Position numbers and translations under genes: made by a program
Assembly: GCA_012295275.1 (NCBI GenBank)
Contig: CM022675.1
Location: forward strand, 15,624,001-15,688,000
Direction of reading: 5' to 3'
Origin: Chrysomallon squamiferum
Taxonomy: Eukaryota; Animalia; Mollusca
DNA length: 64,000 nt
Notes under the pieces: model-generated
What the model was told of the DNA's origin: nothing
What the model saw: the letters and a program-made list of their open reading frames with translations, nothing else
Databases searched by the model: none
Shown: positions 25,586-39,920 of the stretch, piece by piece
Layout: each line of letters starts with the position of its first letter
Position numbering within the stretch: the stretch's first letter is position 1

Positions 25586-26333
25586 TCAGATTTACTAAAA
25601 GTAACTGATTGTTCTTTCCAGAGAAGTGGACCTGTAAATAAAGTGAAATCTGTAACTAGACTAAATAAATTTTGTTTACTTTGAAATTATTTTCCTTTTA
25701 GAGGCCAATCCTGGTTAATATTAAGGAAAGAGAAATATAAAAATATGAAACAATTGATGACGATGAAATTTTCTTCATTCCGTCTTTTTTTAAATTTTAT
25801 TATTATAATTTTTTGTTCTTTTTTGATAAAACTTCAGGATTATAAATGACTCATTGCTCATATTCATATTTACAGTTAACAGGTATCATCTGTACAAGGT
25901 TATTTACTGCCACACAAAACTGAAAATAAACAAAATAGCAGACTGCAGTGGATGGACACTTACACATTTTGAAAGGTGTACACAATCTCTTTACTTAACT
26001 CTTAGCGTCCACTGTGTTCACTTACTGATATAATCTGTTCTATAAGACAATAATAATGATAGTAGATGTTAAAATATTATTCACTCTCTTCAGTCTGTGG
26101 AGTCTGAATAGAGACTAAAACTCATTTAACATATTTTCATCATTACACACAGTAATGAACAAAGAAATATAAAATCTTAATAAATGTCTTGAAAAATAAA
26201 ATCTGAATATAATTTCTGCTGATGTTAAAAATAAATATTAACTTGTCTTTCTTTTACTTTTTCAATTTTTATTATATTCATTTATTTATTTTATTATTAT
26301 GATTATTGGTATTATTATTATGATTATTATTAA

Positions 26334-26435
<102 letters not shown>

Positions 26436-27470
26436 GTGTTCTTTTATTTTTTTGGTCTCATATACATCTGGAAAATGTTCACTTGTAAATGATAGAACAA
26501 TTCTGTTTATTAACAACTATTGTTCAAATACTAACTGACACATTGAAAGGTACATTACAATTGTAAGTTTCATTACAAATGTCTTCAGAAAGGTATGGTA
26601 CTTTAAAAAATTAATATGAAAAAAATTTAAAAAGGAAAAACAACAATAATTTGTCTTATTACAAAATGTTGATTACATCAGTTTGTTATAACATTTATTC
26701 TGTTTATTATGTTAGTTTGTTTATTATTATTATTAGTAGTAGTAGTAGTAGTATTTAAATTCAGGTAATTTAGAATTTGGATCAGATTAGATTGTGACAA
26801 CATAGAATTAAAATGTGGTTTCATATTATTTACAGCTGTCAGTGTTTTATAAAGAATTGTACACTGCCAAGAGAGCAGTACATTGTAACTTGAAGATAAT
26901 TAAGTAGTAAGAATTATTTCAGCAGTAGAAAAATAATTTCTTTCATTTTCTAAACAATGTACATTTACATGACTTTAATTGTTTATCACTGCAAGGTGTG
27001 TCTTAAAACATCGCTGTACAGATAAAATAAATGTATGTATATGTTGATTAAAACCACTTAGCAGTTTGCCTTCAATTTCAGTGTCAAACTGGAAAGCAAA
27101 AATGTAGAATTTTAGTTTCTATTTTTCTGTTTATTTTTTAACATTTAAGATTTATTTTTATTGTTTTCAAGTAAATTTGCTATTGATAGTAGATCAATGA
27201 ATTTTTAAACTATTTTTGTTTTCATATCTGAGACAGTTATAAACCAGATTCCCTGTTTTAACTAAATATTGATTAACTGATTTAATACAGAAAGTAAATA
27301 GAAGATTTTGTGAAGAATAAAATATAATGGAAGAGCATAAAGTTTTCATCAAATTAATGTTTGAAATTTACACTGAGGTCTTCTCTACATCACTGTTTTC
27401 AGTAATATTCTGAGATGATGTATATCAGTTAATTAACAACAAATAATTACCAGTAAAATTATTCTTCAAA

Positions 27471-27528
<58 letters not shown>

Positions 27529-29224
27529 TACAAAATTCATTTAATAATAAAAATTAGTAATAAATAAAACAATTAATATTGATGATAATAAATTCACATA
27601 TTTAGTTAAAACAAATCTACCAAAAACAAAGTAAATGTATACACACACACACACACGTTTGTGTATGTATATGTGTGTGCGAGTGTGTAATTTCTGTTGT
27701 ACATTTTGTTTTCTGAGACAGTATACTGTTGTACAATAAAAACAGTGTAGCTTCTGCGTGTTGAATGGAATAAATCTGTCAGCGGACGGGTTGTGTTTCT
27801 AACAAAATCGCTTATTTTTACGTGCACTCTCCAAGAAAGTGTTTTTATACACAGGAAGAGAAAAGATAAAACGTTTAAGAAAGTTTAAAAGTGTCTGTTT
27901 TCTTTCATTCATCTGTAAACAGTTATTATTAATAACATTATTATTTTAACTGTTTTGTTGTTGTACTTCATTATTAATAAAGACTGGATCCTAAAACAAA
28001 TAAAACGATAACTTGTGAGTATTCAGAAATTATTAAGACAGTTATTTGCAACATCACGGTACACTTTAAATTAGACAAGTCGGTGGTAAACATAAACTCG
28101 TCAACGATAGAAGACTGGTTTTCGAAACGGGATATGTTAAGGTATAAAAATACATGTATACAAATCTCCCTCTTTTCTTTTTGTCCACCTTCTCTTTCTC
28201 TGCAAGCAGTTTCTTCTGTCACTAAGGCGTCATGTCGTCACGTAATCTCTGGGATTGGATTTTTAAACAGCCGATTCCACCAACTTAAATGGAAAAAGTG
28301 TAAAGATACACACACGCACGCACGTACAACCCTGTTTGTATATTCGTATTTATGTGTATTTTATTATTTTTTATTTCATTATTTAATACTCAATTTAAAT
28401 AAAGATTTCAACTCACTCTCAGTCTGGTTATGTTATATTCCAGAGTTAAGAGAACAAATTTAATATCAGAAACAAATTTGGATTTGCGTTTGTAGTTGGA
28501 GGATTTTACACAAGAAAAGTTGTTCAGGCATTGCTAAACATTAGAACACAGATTCTAGAAATGTGCTATTGAAATAACACGTCATTGATTAACACCAAGC
28601 GAAGCCAACTGTGATATCCGATTCAACATTTTCACTTTCATTAAACCTATTTGTGATTCTTCTTATTTCATTTCTTATAAACCACTCCCTCGACAAATTC
28701 AAGTATTTCTCCTCGATATAAAACAAAAATATTCTCATATATATATATATGGAATCAAAATTTTACCTGCAATAACAAGTTTCGTAATATTACAAATAAG
28801 AAAATTACAAGGTTTGTATGAAGGATATTTTATTTATTTTTGAATCACAAAAACATGACAGAATAGGAAGATAATCGTACGAAAACAAACTTTAAAGCTT
28901 TAATATATAAGTAAGAGCGTGCGTGCATGCGTGCATTGAACAGCATGGCACCTTATCCGTGGAATTCTTGACGATCTTGGTAAAGCCTGACGCTGGAAAA
29001 AAAAATGAAGAAATGAGTATATTATTAATAATAAATAACTGTGAGACACATATCTGACATAAATAAATAACTAAATAAATTAATTAATTAACAAATTAAC
29101 AAATAAATAAATATTTTAATAATGTTAATATCTGACTACTTGAGAACATTAATGAAAATGTCTGAATTTTAAAACATACCTACAAATATGAATAATAAAA
29201 TCAGTTTGACATACTTGAAATTCT

Positions 29225-29563
29225 TTACTGGATCAAGACAACGATGAATAAAAGAGCCAGTTTCAAAATGGAAGCAGTCAGCATCGATCCACCTTAAATA
29301 ACAATAACAATTGTTATATAACAGTAGCAGTCACGCAATAATAACAGTAGGTAGTAGTTATAGTAGAGTTAGCAGCCGCAGTAGTGTCATAGTAGCAGTA
29401 ATAGCAGCAGTATAGAAACAGTAGTGGTAATAGTATAGTAATAGTGTAGTAATAGAAACAGCAGTAGTAGTAGTAGTAGTAATAGTAGTGGTGGTATTAG
29501 TAGTAGTAGAAAAAGAAGAAGAAGAATTGTGGTTGAAGTTGATACAAGAAAAATAATAATAAC

Positions 29564-29615
<52 letters not shown>

Positions 29616-30140
29616 TACTAACCATCTGAGCACAATTCAGCCATCTGTACATAAGTGGCGTTGTCTTGACAACCAATGGAAGAAAGACAGCTGATGTACC
29701 TTCCTTCAGCTCTATAAAAGAAAAGCTAATTTTAATAAACACAAACACACACACATAAAACAAACAAAAAAGCACAAATAGCATATATATATAAAAAACA
29801 AATATATAAAGTAAAAATAAATAAATATACGTACATGAACTTGCAACAACCTTTCAGGTATTTTTAAGATCATGCATACAAACGCAGAAACAAATATACT
29901 GTTATCATCAATTTCTCTAAGATGTATATATATATATATCTATATAAAATTATACAAACATATTATTTAATTATACATACATAAAAAAAATGAGAAATAA
30001 ATGCAGTAACCCCCTTCCCACAAATGGGGTTTTATCCAGATATATGAGAGAATAAGCAAATTTACACTTAGGTCCTACAAAGAGCGTACCCAACAACACA
30101 ATAATAATAATAATATAATAATAATAATAATAATAATAAA

Positions 30141-30171
<31 letters not shown>

Positions 30172-30258
30172 GCAAGAAAATAACTTGTTCTTTACTGATA
30201 ACGCAGAATTATTGATGTTAAATCATCATAATTAATGTTCAAGATTTCTTGGAAAACA

Positions 30259-30289
<31 letters not shown>

Positions 30290-30806
30290 TTACTGTATGA
30301 AATGTTATCGATCCACTGAAATAACCAATATGGCTTACCTGCATATACTTGGTATATCGGGCCCAGCTTCTGAAATTTCAAACTTTCTGTCTGCTGTGCA
30401 GTTGTCTTGTCTGAATTGGTCGCACGCGTTGTTCATGTCAGCAAAGACAACTGGAAAAGAATTTAATGTTTTTTATTTCATTCAAACCTCCAAACTTTCA
30501 CTTAAACTGTGAAGGACTAAGAATTCGGGAATAGAAATATGGTATTTATTTTTAAAAAACCCTGAAATAAATAAATAAATCAATAATCAAACAAAGAAGC
30601 AAACAAGAAAGAAGATAAATAAATAAATAAATAAATTTTATGAAAATCTCATGACAGTAAACAAAACAGTACAGGTCAATCACATTGGGAAAATATTCGT
30701 ATTCATACAATAAAAAAATGTAACCATGCATATAATATGTGATTAAATAAACTCTGAATATTTACTTACCCAAGAAAACAACTAAAGTAATAGACATTTT
30801 GTTCAT
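29225..30806 (-). CDS. Small 6-cysteine predicted GPI-anchored protein (neuritin-like), copy B, 101 aa
   Basis: Exons 30770-30806, 30339-30450, 29623-29711 and 29225-29292, with the same structure as copy A. It differs by L18M, K27Q and H65Q plus two synonymous changes. Confidence 0.85.
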
Positions 30807-31607
30807 GATATGGGCACAGCTGAGAATAATTAACTTTGGTGATATTAAGATACTTTGACACTCTCTGGACAGAATGAGGAATGGGAATTAACAAAGTCTT
30901 TTAAAGTATTTCTGAAAACATCTATGACGCACGGAAGAAAGATCAACTACGTAGCTGTTTCTTTTGTACTGGAACAGAAATTTACAGGAAAAACACACAA
31001 TATAAACTGGATTTAATATTATAGTATAAATCCGAAAGAAACGATTTTGAGTTTTGGAATGAGAGCGAGTGTATGAGAGATAAGAAAATGAATAACGGAA
31101 CAGGAAGAGAAATGAGTAAAGACAAAGCAATCGGAGTTTAAAGAAAATATTTTAATTTTCTAAATAAAAAAAAAGGGATGGGTTAAGTTATAAAGCTGAT
31201 CTAAAACAATAAAAAAAATTATAACAGTTAGCATCACCAAGTGTGAACTAACTAATGACGTTCACGACATTTCAAGTGTTATTAACGTAGACAGTCCATT
31301 TGTCAACACTCCTCATCTCACAGCTGCATGAACATACTCTAGTGCCACGCCTTTTTAAATGACCAAGTCAAAATGATCTACCTACAGTAAAAAACACAAA
31401 ACATTTGTTTATTTATACTAAGTATACCTTATATTTACAACATATGTTGGTGTACCTTGCATAACACCATGAACCTGTGTGGTACAATACAAGTCTGTAC
31501 ATGTTTGAAAGATCACTACGGGATGACTGATCACCTTACTGATAACTGACATTGCAGGATGGAAAACCTTTGTTATATCTGGGTGTCATTATGATCTGGA
31601 GTTATAT

Positions 31608-32568
31608 GATCTACCCACACTGTCTATGTGAGGATGGATGTGATACCCACACTGTCTATGCGATCCCCCGGAACTGTCTATGTGATCTAACCACACTGTC
31701 TGTCTATGTGATCTACCCACACTGTCTATGTGATCTAAAACCACACTGTCTATGTGATCTACCCACACTGTGAATAATGATCTCACCACACTGTCTATGT
31801 GATCTACCCACACTGTCTATGTGATCTACTCCCCACTGTCTATGCATGATCATCTACCCACACTGTCTATGTGATCTAACCACACTGTCTATGTGATCTA
31901 CCCACACTGTCTATGCGATCTAACCACACTGTCTATGCGATCTAACCACACTGTCTATGTGATCTACCCACACTGTCTATGTGATCTACCCACACTGTCT
32001 ATGTGATCTACCCACACTGTCTATGCGATCTAACCATGCTGTCTATGTGAATCTAACCATGCGATCTAACCACACTGTCTATGCGATCTACCCACACTGT
32101 CTATGTGATCTACCCACACTGTCTATATGCGATCTATCCAAACTGTCTATGAGATCTACCCAAACTGTCTATCTGATCTACCCAAGCTGTCTATGTGATC
32201 TACCCACACTGGCTATGTGATCTAACCACACTGTCTATGCGATCTATCCAAACTATCTATGAGATCTACCCAAACTGTCTATCTGATCTACCCAAGCTGT
32301 ATATGTGATCTAACCACACTGTCTATGTGATCTACCCAAACTGTCTATCTGATCTACCCAAGCTGTATTTGTGATCTACCCACACTGTCTATGTGATCTA
32401 CCCACACTGTCTATGTGATCTACCCAAACTGTCTATGCGATCTATCCAAACTGTCTATGAGATCTACCCACTGTCTATGAGATCTACCCACGCTATCTAT
32501 ATGATCTACCCACACTGTCTATGTGATCTACCCACACTGTCTATGTGATCTACCCAAACTGTCTATGT
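31608..32568. repeat. 22-bp minisatellite array, second copy (about 40 units)
   Basis: Same GATCTACCCACACTGTCTATGT unit, with more variants (CCCAAACTG, CCCAAGCTG). Confidence 0.95.
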
Positions 32569-32571
32569 GGA

Positions 32572-32900
32572 CACAAGTTATCGTTTTATTTGTTTTAGGG
32601 TCCAGTCTTTATTAATAATGAAGTACAACAACGAAACAGTTAAAATAATAATGTTATTAATAATAACTGTTTACAGATGAATGAAAGAAAACAGATTTTT
32701 TAAACTTTCTTAAACGTTTTATCTTTTCTCTTCCTGTGTATAAAAACACTTTCTTGGAGAGTGCACGTAAAAATAAGCGATTTTGTTAGAAACACAACAG
32801 ATTTATTCCATTCTTCACGCAGAAGCTTGACATCACAGTTTTTATTGTGTATACTGAGTTTAAGAAGAAAAAATGTACAAAAGAAATTACACACACACAC
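32572..32900 (-). repeat. Inverted copy (about 330 bp) of a segment inside the duplicated units
   Basis: CACAAGTTATCGTTTTATTTGTTTTAGGGTCCAGTCTTTATTAATAATGAAG... is the reverse complement of about 27680-28017 and about 18645-18985. Confidence 0.9.
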
Positions 32901-33258
32901 ACACACACACACTCACACGCACACAAAACACACACACACACACACACGCACACGCACACACCACACACACGTTAACCTTTTAAAGCGGTGCCCATGTTTG
33001 CAGTTTAAACCCTAATTTTGAGTTTCTTTATTGTTTCTTTCTCTTCGTTGTTGTTGTTCTTCTGTGACTAATTAAAATTTTACAAATAGTTTGTCACGCG
33101 ATTATAAAACTTAGATCACAGACTCGCTTATCCAGGAATTTGTTATTGAAAGACGATATCGTGAAGAGAATAAAATAGACTGTAAAAAGTGTTCTAATAT
33201 TATTTGTGAAAAAACTAAATTAAAAAACAAAATGTACAACAGAAATTACACGCACACA

Positions 33259-33293
<35 letters not shown>

Positions 33294-33676
33294 CTGTAAG
33301 TCATGAAAAAATACATACATATGGATGTACAATGAATTTTTATTAGACTATCTAATAGTGCCAAGACAAGTAAATATACGATTAAAAGAATGATATAAAT
33401 ACTGAAAAAGAAATATAATCAATATTAATATTCCTTTATATTTAATTATTACTGTTAGTATTGTTTACACGCAGTATTTACTGTGTTTGGAAATAGTATG
33501 ACGACATTACAAAGGCATCAAAGTAACGGATACTGGCAGGATAAGCCACTGGTAAAGACTTGAAATTAAAATTAAAATGTAAAAAATGTTAGGCATATAT
33601 CTATCTTTCGTTCTGTCGTTTTTACACGTACTACCAATAATTAAATGTCAATAAGCAATAACATTATTTTTTTTTT

Positions 33677-33745
33677 CCCGGTGCCATTTCTTCCAGGTGC
33701 CATTTTTTCCAGGAGCGTTTTTTCCGGTGCCATTTTTTTTTCGTA
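33677..33745. repeat. Short array of GGTGCCATTTTTTCC-like motifs, possibly a DNA-transposon subterminal remnant
   Basis: Four related copies, with another GCCATTTTTTCTGG at about 34419. Confidence 0.45.
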
Positions 33746-33890
33746 TTCCCTGATTACAATAATCTGAATGGGTTTCAGATGATCACAGATGTTTGTATTT
33801 TGATTATAAACATAATATATCAACAATATCTAAAAAATACAGTACTGAACGTCACACATGAAGTTTGGTATGAAGACGAAGTTACAAAAA

Positions 33891-33945
<55 letters not shown>

Positions 33946-35041
33946 ATTAATTAATTAATTATTTAATTAATAAAGAATAAAGCTAGAAAAAAAAATGTTT
34001 TTTTTTTTTTGTTGTTATTTTTTCAGTTTGACCGGCGCTCGACGCTGTCATCTTGGATTTCGATCGGAGATTTCCGTGAGCGCTCGGAAACCGTCTGATC
34101 AGGTTTTTAAACTTCAACTTTTAACTATTTTACCTCCGTTTCCTGAATATTTTATGATTTACGCTAACAAAGGTGAGGAAGGTTGTTCTTATTACCAAAC
34201 CATGATGCACTGCACCTTTCCTAACTACTTTTTCAACTTAATCAAACTTTCTAAACTGGATTATTTTCGTGCAAATGCGTGCATAATAAACTAAAATTAT
34301 AATTTGTTATAAGATTATTATTGTATTAACTTCTCTAGTTAATGTACTCCGTGTCAGAACACAAAAGGAAACAAAATTCAAGTGAGGTTTGTACCCTCTT
34401 AAGTTGGAAAAATCAGGAGCCATTTTTTCTGGAGAAGCAATTTGTGCCGTTACGAGTTATCGTTCCTGTTGGTTCTTGCTAACCATAGCACATAATTGAA
34501 AATATTTGTGTGTATTAATATTTTACGTATAATTTCTATTTTATTTTTATTATTATTTATTTATTTATTATTATTATTATTATTTATTACAAAAAACTTA
34601 GAGCAAACACAATATAGTAACTATTTATCTTAAAATTTAAAATGTAACCAGAAATTATTCAGCATTTTTCTCTGTACGTTAACTTAATGTTGCGGGCTGG
34701 CGACAAATCTTGGTTTTTTTCAAGTCACGTGACCAGAACTCCAGTTTCTTTTCCGCACCTTCCTTTAAAACATTGAAAACTCCTTAAATATAGATTGCTG
34801 AAGACATGCCTCAAAATTAGTTATTATTTATTCATTTATTGTTTATTTGTTTAATTTATCTATTTAATTATTTATTTATGTATTTAATTATTTTCAAATT
34901 TACTTACTAATTTATTTCATCTAGTTAATTAATTAATTACTAATTTATTTATTTTTAAATTATTCTGTAACTAATGTACACCATTATGTAACTCGTGATT
35001 ACTAAATGTAATTCATGTAAACTACCTGATAGTCATGACTG

Positions 35042-35620
35042 CTACATGAATTCACATACCCGACATGTAACTAATATACACTACATGAATTCACATACCC
35101 GACATGTAACTCATATACACTACATGAATTCACATACACTACATGAATTCACATACCCGACACTACATGAATTCACATACCCGACATGTAACTCATATAC
35201 ACTACATGAATTCACATACCCGACATGTAACTCATATACACTACATGAATTCACATACCCGACATGTAACTCATATACACTACATGAATTCACATACACT
35301 ACATGTAACTCATATACACTACATGTAACTCATATACACTACATGAATTCACATACACGACATGTAACTCATATACACTACATGAATTCACATACCCGAC
35401 ATGTAACTCATATACACTACATGAATTCACATACACGACATGTAACTCATATACACTACATGAATTCACATACACGACATGTAACTCATATACACTACAT
35501 GAATTCACATACACGACATGTAACTCATATACACTACATGAATTCACATACACGACATGTAACTCATATACACTACATGAATTCACAAACACGACATGTA
35601 ACTCATATATGCTACATCTG
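35042..35620. repeat. 39-bp minisatellite made of two related 19-20 bp subunits
   Basis: Unit CTACATGAATTCACATAC(C/A)CGACATGTAACTCATATACA, which explains the repetitive 208-aa ORF. Confidence 0.95.
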
Positions 35621-35624
35621 ACTG

Positions 35625-35820
35625 ATGTATGCTATATGTAAGTGACGTACGCTGTATGTAAGCCATGTATAGTATGTTAGCTATGTATAGTACACGTTAG
35701 CTATGTATAGTATATGTTAGCTATATACAGTATATGTTAGCTATGTATAGTATATGTTAGCTATGTATAGTACATGTTAGCTATGTATAGTATATGTAAC
35801 TATGTAAATGCATGTAACTG
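35625..35820. repeat. 20-bp tandem repeat next to the 39-bp array
   Basis: Unit GCTATGTATAGTATATGTTA. Confidence 0.85.
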
Positions 35821-36953
35821 AGTACTTTTATACTGGATGTACAATGAATGTTAGAGTCCCTGAATGTTTTCAGTGATAGTGACTTTTTTAATTCTGAATC
35901 ACGACTTTTCATATTAAATTAAAATATATGTATTTTTACTGACACTAATTAAACACACTTGTTCTTCCATCATCATTTCCAGTATTTATTGCCACAAACA
36001 GGAAAAAGTCAAATTAAAAGGTGAATACTACTAAATAAACAATCATAAATTAGAAGGTTACAGTTCACGTGGCTCTAGATTTTTCGATTTGCGGACACCA
36101 CAAATAAATAAAATGGCCAAAACCTAGAGATTTTGTGCAGAAAGTCTCTTCAAACCTACGCAAGAATGTTTAAATAACTTTGATGATTTATTAACCAGAC
36201 CAGATTTTATTACAAATTTAATGGTTTCTTAAAACTTAGGAAAAGAACGGTAGCAGTCAGCAGTTTCTTTAGGACAGAAATGAGGAGGTTCTGGTTGAGG
36301 AGAATCAACTTGAGCAGTCGCTTTCTGACTCGGAGGGAAGCCAGCTTCGGCAGCCATCACTTAACGCGTAGATGGGCGGAATGTTGCTCTTATGACGTCA
36401 TTTTCACGTGGAATGTTAGACTGTGCTGTTGCTTCTGTTATCTTCTTCTTTAAGAGAAGAAATATTGCTCTATTTGTGAAAGTGGTCTGTTATTAGGAAA
36501 TAGCAGAAATTTTACTCATATTTTTTTTCTATCAAGCTTTCTGCCGCTTTCGGGAAACAAAAACATTTGTATTGCATCTGTGAATAAAGAAAAGAGTTCA
36601 TCCTTTTGTTTGGCTGACGTATTTTGCAGGAGGAAAGCTCGTAGAGATAACTCAGTGAGTGTAAAAGTAATGTATGAAAGATGTTCACGATACACGTTCG
36701 TAGAAATACAACGAATAGCCGCTACCCAAGGCAATTTGATTGAAAATAAAGTTGTTGTGTTTTTAATACAAGGTAACATTCTTGCATTAAACACAACAAT
36801 AAGACTTCAAATTTTCCGTTCATGCTATGTTTATTCAGATACAGTCTAAAACAGAGAATAAATCATGACTTCGAAAGTCAGAAAAAAAAAAAAAAACAAA
36901 TCGGGAGACCAAAAATACAAGCGCTTTATCGTATCTAATATAATTATCTTGTA

Positions 36954-37014
<61 letters not shown>

Positions 37015-38734
37015 TATTATAGAAAGCATAAATGTATATTATTAGCTGATTATCCCAGATATGCGTGCAGTTCAAGTATTTAGAATAATTAACGCCATAA
37101 ATTCTAAACTCCATTTTGTTTCATGCTGTTGTTATGAAACGTTTAAAATGTAGTTACCTCCCCTTCAGTGGAGAAGTTGTAAAAAGAAACGTTAGAAACG
37201 ACGATAATAAAATAAAACTAGATAAAAGCTAAGTCTCTTTTAACCATACTAGCGCAATACGGTATTGGTAACTCAGTGATTACATGTATTTCTTAGGTAC
37301 TTCAAATTCATGCTCGTATTTTTCAAATTAAAATGTAGCAAATTTTTCAATGCCACTTTTGGCATCTTTAAGAACAAGAGGCAATACCTGATTAATATTC
37401 ATAGACCCTGGCCTACAGATTCTCTGACGCACCCAATAATATTTATAAAAAGAAATATAAAAGTGGAGGAAAAATAACACTGGAAGGCTAATAACAATTA
37501 AAATTCAGTACAAGTAGAGTGTTTATTTTAACAGAGTTTCTCTACAGATTACAAATTTGTATGACTATAACAGTGTGAGGCAAAAAGTCGAAAAAAGACA
37601 AATAATAAGAAAAAAGAAGCAAACAGAAGTTTTTTGTTTTTAAAACACAGAAAGAAAAATTAGTAAATGTAATCAAACAAACTGAAAGTGTTTCAACATA
37701 AAACATAAATAACCTTTTGTAACTTTTAATGAATATAATGTGAAAAATATTTTTATTACATTATTACGAATTTATTTATAATTATCGTTATTATTATTAG
37801 TAGTAGTAGTAGTGGTGTTTGTTGTTTTAGTAGTAGTAGTAGTAATAGCAGCAGTCGTAACTGTAGTAATATAAGTAATCTTAGTGTTAGAAATAGTAGC
37901 TAGTGTAGAGTTGAAACTGAAGTAGTAGTAGTTCTTGTTATTGCACTAGCAGTATTTTAAGAATTTTAATAATTTTAATAAAAATATGAAAAATTTAATA
38001 TACTCGCCATATTAAATATTCAGTTCCTTGATGTTCGTTGCATCACTGTTTTAGCGTATTACTGATATTACTCCTACTACTACTAATTTATTATTATTAT
38101 CATCATCATCATCATCTCTGTTATAGTCCACGTATTCCGAGATTATTTTCGAAAACAAAGGAAAAAATTAATATATTTTCAGTGGCGTATTAGACGTTTC
38201 AAATCGCTTAACATGTTTTCTGCTTTAGATTACTTAACCAATCAACTTCCTTTATTGCGTTAATGTCCGAGCCCATAATGCCAATTTCCTGGCCACGTTA
38301 ATCTTAATAGCGTCTGACGTAACGAAGAAAATGAGAAATTATTGGTAAAATGAAAGCACAAGGTGAGTTCGTCGATCATATTAATGATTTATTTTGTTGC
38401 ATCAAAAGTCAGAGGTGCATTTTCAATAATGAAATAACTCAACAGACTCGTTAATGTTTTAGATAATGTCAGAATTAAATCGTTCAGGGACACAATAATA
38501 AAAAGCTGGACAATATCGCTTAATACTGACTTGGTCGACTAATCAAATTGACGTTTTATTTATCTGCGGCGCTATAATTTCCGATCGTGATGGAAAATGT
38601 ATCCGTAACGTACCTAAAGCTAAACAGTCTAAAACGTTTTGTGTATATCAAAGTGATTATTTGATAGATTTCTAAAATAACAAAAAAAAAAAGAGAGAGA
38701 GAAAGAGAAAGATAAATTTAACATCACGACAGTC

Positions 38735-38783
<49 letters not shown>

Positions 38784-39329
38784 TAATAATAATACTCATC
38801 ATCATCATCATTATCATCATCGTACTAATAGTAGTAATAATAGTAATAGTAGCAGTAGTACTAATAATACTTGTAGCAGTAAATAATATTTAAACAAATA
38901 AAATGGCTGTGATGGTTGTAACTCAAAGAATGAAATTTTGAAAGACGAAGTTACCACGGAAACAAGCAATAACAAATAAAATGTTTTCTCACATGAAAAC
39001 CTGTGAATCAAACGCGCGCTGTATTTGTACAACAAACAGAAAGATGTCAAACACTTTTCACGTTGGTGTCACAAGATCGATAAACCTCGGCAGATTTCGT
39101 CAACTGTTTCTTTGACGTGTGGAAATCGACAGCGAGTAAATATAATGTAGACATTTAGTAATAATCAAACAGAATTATGAGAGAGAAAAAAAACGAAAAA
39201 GGAAAGGAAAAGACTGGCGAGTTTTGAATTAGACTCTATTGATTTCTAGATTATATCTTATATATTTGAAAAACGATGTTTAAAAGGAAAAAATTAAAAA
39301 GTCAGAATGTCGAATAATTGTAAACTTTT

Positions 39330-39362
<33 letters not shown>

Positions 39363-39398
39363 ATTATTATTATTTTAATTATTATTATTATTGTTATT

Positions 39399-39466
<68 letters not shown>

Positions 39467-39884
39467 CATTATTATTATTATTATTATTTTGTGAAATAAC
39501 ATAAAGGGTGGAAGAGACAAACAGGTTGTCCTGTATTCACAGGGTGTGTAAAACTGAAGGATTTGGGCTACACCAGAGTCTAGACATGAAACAATGTTTA
39601 GTGCTTGTGTACTACTAATTGAAAGCCACGTATATTTATAGTTGTTTTTTTTTTTGGGGGGGGGGGGTATTGTTGTTGTTATAACTTTATGTTGTTGTTT
39701 CCAATATCAACCAGAATGTCTACTCAGAAGGAAGGATGCGGTCACAGTAACGTATTTTTAAAAACTTCTTTGTAATGAACTGTGATAACAAAACAGATTT
39801 TGCGGGGTTTTTTTGTTTGTGTGTTGTTCTTAATATCTTGCACGTTGAAAATATAATTTGTTCGAAACACAAAATAATTTTATT

Positions 39885-39920
<36 letters not shown>

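Noticed and set aside
34995-35621. 208-aa His-rich repetitive ORF
   Set aside because: It is a translation of the 39-bp minisatellite, with frame switches inside the array.
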